A DNA stretch of 64,000 bases from Phoronis australis (taxonomy: Eukaryota; Animalia; Phoronida), in assembly GCA_002633005.1 (NCBI GenBank), contig NMRA01000312.1:1-64000 (forward strand), written 5' to 3'. The notes under the pieces are model-generated. The model was not told the origin of the DNA, searched no databases, and worked only from the letters and a program-made list of their open reading frames with translations. Positions 51,501 to 63,500 of the stretch are shown here, one piece after another. Position numbers and translations under genes: made by a program. Positions within the stretch are counted from its first letter, which is position 1; each line of letters starts with the position of its first letter.

Positions 51501-54500
51501 CGTTGAGGTAACATGACTGGCATTGAAGCTAGTTGTTCCTTTTGTAGTCGTTTGTGAAATCTCACAAAGTTCCCCTGTGAATGTCGGTAAGCAATGGCAT
51601 TTGTATCCATTCACTAAATTTTGGCACGAACCATTATTATGACAAGGAATAGAACTGCACTCGTTTATTTCAGTCTGGCATCTTTCACCAGTGTAACCAT
51701 CAGGACAGTAACACGTATATCCGTTTACGTTGTCTATGCACGTGCCATTATGTTCACAAGGTGATCCAGTACACTCATCAATGTCAGCTTCGCATGTTAC
51801 ACCTTTGTAACCTGCCATACATTTACACAGAAATCCGTTTACTGCATCCAGACACGTGCCGTTGTTCATGCACGGGGCACTCGTGCAATCATCAATATTT
51901 TGTTCACATCGCGAACCGTTAAACCATACTGAACATTCACAACGATAACCACCCACTAAATCAACGCACGTAGCATTGTCGAGACATGGGAAACTTTGAC
52001 ATTCATCGATATTAGTTTCACAGTTAACACCGATGTAACCGTCTTTACATTGACAGGAGTATCCATTGACTCTATCCACACATGTACCGTTGTTATTGCA
52101 TGGGGAACTATGACATTCATCGATATTAGTTTCACAATTTACACCACTATAACCGTCTTTACAATTACAAGTGTACCCGTTGACGTTATCCACACATGTA
52201 CCGTTGTTATTGCATGGGAAACTTTGACATTCATCGATGTTAGTTTCACAATTTACACCACTATAACCGACTTTACAGTTACAAGTGTACCCGTTGACGT
52301 TATCCACACATGTACCGTTGTTATTGCATGGGAAACTTTGACATTCATCGATGTTAGTTTCACAGTTTACACCACTATAACCGTCTTTACAATTACAAGT
52401 GTACCCGTTGACGTTATCCACACATGTACCGTTGTTATTGCATGGGGAACTTTGACATTCATCGATATTAGTTTCACAGTTTACACCATTATAACCGTCT
52501 TTACAATTACAAGTGTACCCGTTGACGTTATCCACACATGTACCGTTGTTATTGCATGGGGAACTATGACATTCATCAATGTTACTTTCACAGTTTACAC
52601 CACTATAACCGTCTTTACATTTACAGATGTATCCATTGATGTTATCTACACATGTAGCGTTGTTATTGCATGGGGAACTACGACATTCATCGATGTTAGT
52701 TTCACAGTTTACACCAGTATAACCGTCTTTACATTTACAGATGTATCTATTGATGTTATCTACACATGTACCGTTGTTATTGCATGGAGAACTTTGACAT
52801 TCATCGATGTTAGTTTCACAGTTTACACCACTATAACCGTCTTTACATTTACAGATGTATTCATTGATGTTATCTACACATGTACCGTTGTTATTGCATG
52901 GGGAACTACGACATTCATCGATGTTAGTTTCACAGTTTACACCAGTATAACCGTCTTTACATTTACAGATGTATCTATTGATGTTATCTACACATGTACC
53001 GTTGTTATTGCATGGGGAACTATGACATTCATCGATGTTAGTTTCACAGTTTACACCGCTATGTCCGTCTTTACATTTACAAGTGAATCCATTTACGTTA
53101 TCCACACATGTACCATTGTTATTGCATGGGGAACTTTGACATTCATCGATGTTAGTTTCACAGTTTACACCATTGTAACCGTTTTTACAATTACAAGTGT
53201 ACCCGTTGACGTTATCCACACATGTGCCGTTGTTATTGCATGGGGAACTTTGACATTCATCGATGTTAGTTTCACAGTTTACACCGCTATATCCGTCTTT
53301 ACNNNNNNNNNNNNNNNNNNNNNNNNNNNNNNNNNNNNNNNNNNNNNNNNNNNNNNNNNNNNNNNNNNNNNNNNNNNNNNNNNNNNNNNNNNNNNNNNNN
53401 NNNNNNNNNNNNNNNNNNNNNNNNNNNNNNNNNNNNNNNNNNNNNNNNNNNNNNNNNNNNNNNNNNNNNNNNNNNNNNNNNNNNNNNNNNNNNNNNNNNN
53501 NNNNNNNNNNNNNNNNNNNNNNNNNNNNNNNNNNNNNNNNNNNNNNNNNNNNNNNNNNNNNNNNNNNNNNNNNNNNNNNNNNNNNNNNNNNNNNNNNNNN
53601 NNNNNNNNNNNNNNNNNNNNNNNNNNNNNNNNNNNNNNNNNNNNNNNNNNNNNNNNNNNNNNNNNNNNNNNNNNNNNNNNNNNNNNNNNNNNNNNNNNNN
53701 NNNNNNNNNNNNNNNNNNNNNNNNNNNNNNNNNNNNNNNNNNNNNNNNNNNNNNNNNNNNNNNNNNNNNNNNNNNNNNNNNNNNNNNNNNNNNNNNNNNN
53801 NNNNNNNNNNNNNNNNNNNNNNNNNNNNNNNNNNNNNNNNNNNNNNNNNNNNNNNNNNNNNNNNNNNNNNNNNNNNNNNNNNNNNNNNNNNNNNNNNNNN
53901 NNNNNNNNNNNNNNNNNNNNNNNNNNNNNNNNNNNNNNNNNNNNNNNNNNNNNNNNNNNNNNNTTGTTATTGCATGGGAAACTTTGACATTCATCGATGT
54001 TAGTTTCACAGTTTACACCGCTATAACCGTCTTTACAGTTACAAGTGTATCCATTGATGTTATCCACACATGTACCGTTGTTATTGCATGGGAAACTTTG
54101 ACATTCATCGATGTTAGTTTCACAGTTCACACCACTATAACCGTCTTTACAGTTACAAGTGTATCCATTAATGTTATCCGCACATGTACCGTTGTTATTG
54201 CATGGGAAACTTTGACATTCATTGATGTTAGTTTCACAGTTTACACCACTATAACCGTCTTTACAGTTACAAGTGTACCCGTTGACGTTATCCACACATG
54301 TACCGTTGTTATTGCATGGGGAACTATGACATTCATCAATGTTAGTTTCACAGTTTACACCACTATAACCGCTTTTACATTGACAGATGTATCCATTGAT
54401 GTTATCTACGCATGTACCGTTGTTGTTGCATGGGAAATTATGACATTCATCGATGTTAGTTTCACAGTTTACACCGCTATAACCGTCTTTACAATTACAA

Positions 54501-57500
54501 GTGTACCCGTTGACGTTATCCACACATGTACCGTTGTTACTGCATGGGAAACTTTGACATTCATCGATGCTAGTTTCACAGTTTACACCGCTATATCCGT
54601 CTTTACATTTACAAGTGTACCCGTTGACGTTATCCACACATGTACCATTGTTATTGCATGGGAAACTTTGACATTCATCGATGTTAGTTTCACAGTTTAC
54701 ACCACTATAACCGTCTTTACAGTTACAAGTGTATCCATTGATGTTATCCACACATGTACCGTTGTTATTGCATGGAAAACTTTGACATTCATCGATGTTA
54801 GTTTCACAGTTTACACCGCTATATCCGTCTTTACAGTTANTTGACATTTGGCGCCATTTTTGCAAGGTGTGCTCAGACAATTGTCGTACTCATTGCATTC
54901 TTTACCAATCCAACCTAAGGATGAGAAAGAATATCTAAAATATTGGTATCTAATTAATTTTACATTTACCCTGTACCAACCGCTTCTATACAATGCTCTG
55001 GGGCTTGTTGATGAATAAAATATCCATTTTTTCTACAGTATGCTGCATTACCATATGCTCATTGTCGCTTGAATATCCAAACACATGAATCAGTTGTTTA
55101 AACCTTAAAAAATTAAACTGTTTTGCATCGTAGTAAATGGTGTACATTATATGCAACGCTTTCTCGTTTTTTTAAAATAACATTTTGTTGCAACAGGTTG
55201 CATGAAAAGTTCTTGGTCAATTCCCACACATTTTGGTAAACGAATCAAATGTGATCGAGAACAAGTTGTATTATTTCAGCCGCTGTAAGTCTTGTGTGAG
55301 TTAGGGCTGAGTTGCATAAAGCTTCAAAAGTTATCCACTGGATAAGTTTGATTGTTGCATGACGTCATGTGCATTGTTCAACAATAACAACGTGACGCGT
55401 GATAATGCGACGTCATTGTTGCTATACGGCGCCTAACTTTTATGCAACTGGACTAACTTAAATCCTATCTTGAACGATTACACCTTTAAATTTGGTTTCT
55501 ACAGTATGTTAAGAGCATTGCTCAGAGCACACCAGTACCATAAATCGCCAAATGTACTGAACTGTTAGGTGCATTGATTTGGTTTTGTCTACGTCACCGC
55601 AAGAATCACCTTTTAATTCAAACAGCTGCGAATAACACCCGCATGCAAGTTTTTTTTTTGTTTGTGCTGGTATCTTGCGGTGACGCAATATTGTACCAAA
55701 ATGCAACTATTGTTTCAGTCAGTGACGGGCCTATGATTTGAGTGATTAAACTCATGTTTTCGTATTTTGCTGAGGCTATGCTAGGAATAGCTGTTCAGTC
55801 CAATAGACCTAAAATAACAAAATTCCTTTGAAGTTAGGCTTTAAGCGTATTATACGTCCAAAGCAACGTCTGGGCCACATTCCTATCCTTTGTTTGAATC
55901 ACAGTGCGTGTTTGATTTGAATTGAATTAAGTTACAACAAATCCCCGAACGGCCGTACTGCACTGGCGACTAAAACCAGGCACACCACACCCGGAACTTA
56001 GTAAGCCAGGAGTCTGTTTCTTGTATCTGACTTAGGCTAAACTTTGACATAGCAATTTGGTCTGAAGGAGTGTATACACTCATTGGTCCTACGTTCTCAC
56101 TTGACTACTTAATAAGATTTAGCCATGTAGTTGTTAGCACATTACAACCTAAAAATAATTTTTAGAAAGTATCTCAGTAACTAGCAGTTAGGTGCATATT
56201 TTAAGAGACTTTGCACTCTGGGTCATGTGAGATTTCGATATCTTTCTGAAATATTTCTATGGAGCGTAAGACTATATTCCTGTCTTAAGTCACTTTCATA
56301 AAATAAGCCACTGGTCTGCAGGTATAGCGGCGTGTCAGTCTCATTGGTTACAATAAATTCCTCGGATGCCCGTACTACATTAGCAACTAAAACTAACCCG
56401 CCGTGACAAGAAACTTAGTAGACGTTTCTCGCGTTCAGTAACGCAAACGCTAGGACATGGCTAAAAACAAGACTTCGCGAGATTAAGTGAGATATTGCGG
56501 TGTATATTAAAAAGAACACGTGACTTTGGCTGGATTTTAGCTAAGTCGCAAGTCCTAGCGTTACTGAACGCACGCCTGGTCTGAAGCAGTAACGAATTGT
56601 TAGGTGTCAACTCTAGAAGTGCTTTGTAATCCCCCAGGAAAGAGCAAAATGCGACTAATTTGATACCAATAACATGCGCGCACCCAGCCTTTAATATGGG
56701 GGGCTCGAATTTCTGACGATGTGGAACTTTTGCTGACAAAAAAGCGGGAGGACTAAAAAAATAAAAATACGGGGCACCACCTTCAGGAGTGTGAACTGTG
56801 CGCTGCACTTTTTAGTGGACTTATGTCGCCTTTTCTCGGACTTTTTGTTTCTCGGAGGTGTACGTTTTTGTCCACTTCTCGAGTCCCCCGAGCCCCCCCC
56901 CTGGGTGCGCGCATGAGTAAGTGATCTAGATCAAAATAAAACTCAGTGGTTTTTAAAAGAAGCCTGTCTACACACTCCGATTGTCGGGTAACACTTTGGT
57001 AAGTATACTTTTTTACTAGAAGCTCGAATGTTTGTGTCAGAATACCTGTCAGTACACACACTCCGGTTTGTCGTGTACGACATTCGCGCACGACAATCGA
57101 TGCGAAGTCTAATACGCGTCCTGGAGCCGGTATGCACAGGAAGTGCTGTACATTGTTCAGATCCGTGCTGCGTTCTGTAGGCACAATAAGCACCCGGGAA
57201 GCACTAGAAACTCGAAATCTTTGGTTTTGGAATATATTGAAACAGCAATGAATTCTGTCCCATAAATCAGTGTGCACTTTGCCGACCAATCACTTCATAG
57301 GCCGTCATTTTGGTAGGACACGCTACGTGAAATAAGGCCGGCATACGAAACGCTTGCCCTTTACTCGCATGATTTTGCGTGAGCTTATTTTTTGCAAAGT
57401 GTCTACGTAACGTAGTCCTGTACTTAATAAACGTAGCATTAATTGAAGCTGACAGAGATCGAGTAAATAAAACAAAAAGCCAGTCCCGGATTACCCAGTG

Positions 57501-60500
57501 ATGAAACTCTCTTTTGACCAGGAGGCAAGAAAGCGCGTTACTGACCTTTTTTAAGGTCAATTAATAGTAATTTGAAACGCAGACGGTAAGGGAATGTGTC
57601 TCTCACTGATACGTTTGTTTACTTGACTGACTAAAGTCAATCAAGTAATAGAATTCGTGTGATTTGAAACTGAGCAGCCGAAAAAAATACAACCTCTCTC
57701 TCAGTCAACTCTCAAGGAATAGCTTCGCGAGCCCTCTAAGACACACATGGGCATATGTTATGCCTGTCAAACGTCGTAGACTAGAGAGTAGATTTTTAAG
57801 TTATCTCCATGTATATCCATGCGAACCTGTTCGACATATTTTATTTCCAGTCTTGGCGTCACACGTGTAGTGCCCCTGGCTGTCATCTCTCGCCTTACAG
57901 AACGTACCACAGTCTGTACCGTAATAGTCAGGGTCACAGAACGTCAAAAACTGTACGCGTAACCTGTTCAACATAAAAACATACACTTGAGTTACGGGTG
58001 TCGGTTGTTCTCTTCAAACAAATAGGTCTCGTAATAACAAAGTTCCTGCTGGGAACTTATTTTTCGAAGAGGTGATCAAACCATGATGACTGCAACTCAG
58101 TCCAGCTACGATCCCTCTAAACCGCAGCCCCGGACCAGCAAAACACACTTTAACTCCACACACGTCCAGAAAATACTCCATACCAGGTAAGCTGACCAAG
58201 CTCCATACCCGGAGACCAGAGCAGCGTTCCGAAGGCCCAAGACACTGGCTCACGACACACTTGAATGAGAAATGTTCACTTGTGGAACGAAAACAGTGAA
58301 TCTACCTCGATTTTCCAACCTCACTGACCAAGTCCCATAGTTTTGCTAGGGTACAGTAGTAAGCTTCCGAGTACACTCCTAAAACATTCGCCTTTCAGTG
58401 TGTGATCTTCCTTTTATAAATCGGTAAATAAAACAACAAGAATGGATCAACAAAGGAAGTTATTGCATCCGAAAATTTCAAATTTCAGTTGTTTTATTTA
58501 CCGATTTATATTCTTCATTTCGTGAAACAATAGTATCCTTGGGAGGATCTGGATCGCCTTATTTAGTTTCCGATATATTTTCTACGTTATTTATCAACTT
58601 CCTTTTATGTAATTTTCTTTTTTCTACAGAACGCACCCTCAGAAAATTCGTCACCCGGAACCAGGTCTGCGTGAGGAGTTTGGTACCCGGTTATGGAGTT
58701 TGGTCATGGGTTATTCTGCGCGTGTGCAGAGTTTAGAGTCCCTACCGGGTATAGTTGCAGTAACACTATATAAAGGTCTACTGATCGATAGATCGAAACA
58801 GGAACTAAAAGGGGCGACCACCCTCTGATATTTGACTTTTACAAAAAAATGTCAACATGAGATTTGTGTCTGGTCTTGTAAATTGGTGTATTATCATTCA
58901 CAATATTTTTCCTGCATATATTGCTGTTACTGCTATCACCGTGGCATTAATTAGTACTTAACACTTACGAACTCTGAAAAAGCCGATTTACTATAAAATC
59001 ATGTGAAATTTCAAAAGTTTTATGAGAACAAATATATGTACAGAGTTGCGAGGGCAGCATTTCAATAGACTAGACTTAGTACAGGCACCTTAAAATACTA
59101 TCCATTTGTGAACAACTAACCTAAATTAGACTATCAAAACACGTTTTGATTTTACTCGAAAGTAAAGCTACAATAAACCGACTTTCGGTAGTTAACATTT
59201 TTTTTATTTAAACCACGTACTATGAATTTGGTCTCAAATTGTTGTTTACTTAAAGAGGCTAGGAAAGAAGCCAGTGACTGTTCGTTATTGCTTGAATGTT
59301 TTAAACACTGACTTGTCCCGGCGTGTCATTTTATTCTTTGACAAGATTGATATCGAGAAACAACGAATCGTAAGTTTTTGAATAAAGTACATACTTGCTT
59401 CTCATCTGCGTAAGGAACAAATTGAGGCCAGTTTTATAGCGCTAAGAGGTCTACATCAAAGTCATTTTTCTTCAACAGAAAGCGGTTGACAGCAGCTTCA
59501 AGTGATCCCGCAAGTGTATGAATCAGCACCGAGACTTAGATTTCAGTTAAGAGTACTTTGATTTCAAGTATAAATTTGAACAAAAGACCAGTCTGAGTTT
59601 AATTAAGGTTCTCCCACTTGCCAATGGAATGTATCTAATTCACTAATATTTTAAATGCAATTACTGAGTTCTGGACCCTGATTCTCTTCCCACCAGCTTC
59701 ACCGTCGAACTCCACTTCGCCTGACGCTCACTAGGAGCAGGACGATCGGTGTGAGTGTAGTCAAAGTTGTCCACTAAATCATCTCCATTGTCATCTCTGT
59801 CATTTACTCTCAGCTGCATTCTCACTCCATTCTGTAACGACAACTTCACATTTACTGAATTCCTACTGGCAGGGGCACTGCTTGGCCAGTGACCGTAGCA
59901 ATGGCGCCACCTCAAGTACATGTAATAATAACTCAGGATCAGTGAATTTAATACCCCTAAATAAAAGATAAACTGCAGCGATTTTTATAGCTATATTTTT
60001 CCTTACAGGTGCTAGAGCCAAGTTTTCGGACATATTTCACTGCGGGAACTCCTATATAAGAAAACTCCGACATCATTTCAAGTGGCTCAGCTGTTAGTTT
60101 TTATTTGTTTTTTATATACACGATATAATTGTTATAATATATCGCAACGTATCATGTAGCAGATAACTTTTGTGGTATCACATGAAAAGTCGTCAGTAGT
60201 CTAAAGACTGCCTACTTTTTCAAAATTTAGTTTGTCATTTAAATCTGGCTAAGAAACGAAAATCGAATTTTAATTAGGATCTTTCTACTCTCATAAAATC
60301 GCTCTCATAAAATTCTTCATCATTAACTATAGCCGTGTTTGAAAACTAGTAACATCTTGTCTAGTTTCAGTCCCAAATAATTCAAAACCAATAAAAATGG
60401 TGGAAACAAGGATTCAGGTCAACTTTAATTGGAGCTGCGCTAAAAGAGCACCGTCCCTAATACTGACGAGAGAAAAAACAGCGCGGATGGGATTCAAACC

Positions 60501-63500
60501 TTCAGCCCTTCAGATACGCGCGATAGTGTTGTGCCACGATGGACTGAGTGTAGGTCATTATACATTTTCGTGCGAATAGAATTTCTTTTTTTTGATGTTT
60601 CTGAGATGTCCGTAAGAAGTAAAACAAGGAAAAAATACAAAGTTGATTTTTGATGCCGACAAACCGATTATTGAGTCCCGTATCTAAACGGTGAAGACAA
60701 ACGTCCCATTAGAAATCGACGTTGCTGGTCGAAAAATGCACGGCTTCAACACGTTCATCGTAAAATCGTTTCATTTCGTTTTATTTTCATAGATAACCAT
60801 TACGCCGATATCCTCGTGCTTTGTGGGCTGATGAGATTTTATGATTCCGAATTTCCTGCAGCGCACATAATTTTTATTTAAAGAATTTTGATCTGTTCTT
60901 TTTAAAGTTTTCGGATTATTGAATTCATAAACGGCAATTTAAGACTCATTTAAATTTCCAAAATCTAACGTTTCTTTACATGACAACAGACGCTAAACTG
61001 AACATTCTGAAGTTTTGTGTGGTGTAAAGTCCAGTAAACCACTTTTACCTGATATAAAGAGGTTTTGTTTCAGAACCAATAGCCTCTTTATAACCTACAT
61101 GAAAATCGCAGGGTACCAGTTTCTGATATCATAGCAACCTACTGATAGGCCACAATTGGCCTTTTTCATATTCAAAGTTAAATCTTGATCTAAATTTTCT
61201 TTAGATGACTAATTAAATCAGTTTTTGGCCACAATAAGATCAAAAACCGGACGATCGCCGCACAAATAAAAAGTTCAATTCAACGTTTCGTCTTTTCATT
61301 AGACATCATCAGGATTATATTTACAACAATTTAGGACAACAAGTGCCAACATACAGCTCAGGTAACATCCATAAGTGAAGTGAGAGATACATAGAATATG
61401 GTCAGTAGCTGGTCATCACCATAGCTGCAGGACCACAAAGCTCTGCATGTTCAGATAATCAGTGGCATGCTGGTTCTGAATGGTCAATGACTCCATAATG
61501 TACAGTAACTCCTTATTAGGTTCTCTGCAGATAATACTAACAGAGTTAGCTTGGTGATTGTAGCTAATACAATGCCTATATATGTTACTTTTCTCTGAGG
61601 TGTGATGTTCTTTCAACCTGTCACAGAGGCGTCTCTGTGTGAGTCCTATATAGAATTTATACACAACATTGCTCTTGTTCAATAGAGGGATGGGTGACTT
61701 CAGTTTACACAGCATATTGGAAAGTTTCCGAAGGGGTTTGAAGACAAATATCAGTTCAACTGCTGGGTCTATGCAATGAATAAGGCGAGATAATTGGCGT
61801 TTCAATTTTATACTACTTGGCCCGTTGTAACCTAGAGAAAAGAAAACTTTCTTTTTCTCGGGTCCAATAACAGCTATCTTATCTGCCTCATTCATTTTTG
61901 AAAGAAAGTGCCTTTTACAAAGATTCTTTTAAGTTTATTAATGAAGTCCGTGCACTTAATGATGCACCATTTATGTGTAGTCTAGATGTTTGCAGCCTCT
62001 TCACTAATGTACCTGTGGATGAAGTCATTGAGTTGTGTCTAAACAAGCTGTATATTGATACCGACAAGGTCCATAAATTGACCCGTAACCAATTACGCAT
62101 ATTGTTCATGTGATTAAAAAAGGTGTTGACTGTGCTCTTGGATGAAAACACAACAAATGTATCATCCACATACCTACGATAAAATTGTGACCAGCTACTG
62201 ACCATATTCTATGTATCTCTCACTTCACTCTATGGATGTTACCTGAGCTGTATGTTGTCACTTGTTGTCCTAAAATGTTGTAAATATGATCCTGATGATG
62301 TCTAATGAAAAGACGAAACGTTGAATTGAACATGAGCTTTTTTATTTGTGCGGCGATCGTCCGGTTTTTGAATTTAGATGACTACAAAGTGAGTTGAGAA
62401 TCTCATTTCTAGTATTCGGGAACTTCAAGTGTTAGTCAAAAATTTGGAATGCACGCGTGTTAACGAAAGGCCGGTAGCCATTTTTTATATATATTTTCAG
62501 CAGTAAATAAGTTTCGCCAAACAAAAAAATCTCAGCCCTTTGTGAATTTGTATTTTTAATATCACTCAATTTCGGCTACCATTTTGCTATGTACCACCAA
62601 ACATATTATTTCTTTTATAAATTTTATCGACAGAAAATCTATGTCGCGTTGAAAGAGCATCTGCTGTAATAGTTAGTTTGCTTTATAAGTTGTTTGATTA
62701 TGTCTAGAAATCAAAATCAAGAGAAAAATATTTTTTAAAGAAAATACAGACATAAGAGCGATAACAGTCACAGCCTTCACCAACACTGCTGACGGATATA
62801 ATAAGCATAAGTTTTAATAACCTCTGTTGTAACAAAAGTAATATTCATAGGACGCTGTGAATATACGACAGCGATGAGATACGCTGACACAGTTTAAAGA
62901 CATTCTGACGTCATTATTAAGATGATGCATTCGTAGTGCTATACAAATGCAGTCAAGAGTTCTTTATTCATCCTACCTTCCACTTAGTAAACTTTCCTTG
63001 AAAAATTCTTGGGTTGTCACGGAACCAGTCGGCTGGTACGTCATTGTAGTTGTCGGGACCATTCTTTGTTTCGAGACCGTAGGCACACGACGGTGATCTA
63101 CGAAGGTACTAAGTACTAGATTCAATCGNTTGTATTTTTAATATCATTTATCACTCAATTTCGGCTACCATTTTGCTATGTACCACAAAAAACATTATTT
63201 CTTTTATAAATTGTATCGACAGAAAATTTATGTCGCGTTGAAATAGCATCTGTTGTAATAGTTAGTTTGATTATGTCTATTAATCAAAATCAAGCGAAAA
63301 TATTTTTTAAAGAAAATACAGACATAAGAGCGATAACAGTCACAGCCTTCACCAACACTGCTGACGGATATAATAAGCATAAGTTTTAATAACCTCTACT
63401 GTAACAAAAGTAATATTCATAGGACGCTGTGAATATACGATAGCGATGAGATACGCTGGCACAGTTTAAAGACATTCTGACGTCATTATTAAGATGATGC

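Larger units (their letters stand above)
61212..62372 (-). mobile_element. Rearranged Penelope-like retroelement with inverted terminal repeats
   Basis: GIY-YIG endonuclease (NVVYKFYIGLTQRRLCDRLKEH, 61416-61895, -), RT pieces SLDVCSLFTNVP (+) and RYVDDTF (-), ~175-bp inverted repeats 61240-61415/62188-62371, and a 12-bp flanking duplication TTTAGATGACTA (61200-61211/62373-62384). Confidence 0.9.

Noticed and set aside
51996-54844. Long plus-strand ORFs (663 aa and 286 aa, repetitive TFIDVSFTVYTT...)
   Set aside because: Antisense shadows of the 114-bp EGF array, partly open only because of N runs.
54835-54845. Frameshift or pseudogenisation of gene B
   Set aside because: The break coincides with a single N marking a gap of unknown size in the repeat array.
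60480-60550. tRNA-like sequence (B-box GGTTTGAATCCC on the minus strand; similar at ~9050-9115)
   Set aside because: No complete cloverleaf; at best decayed SINE heads.
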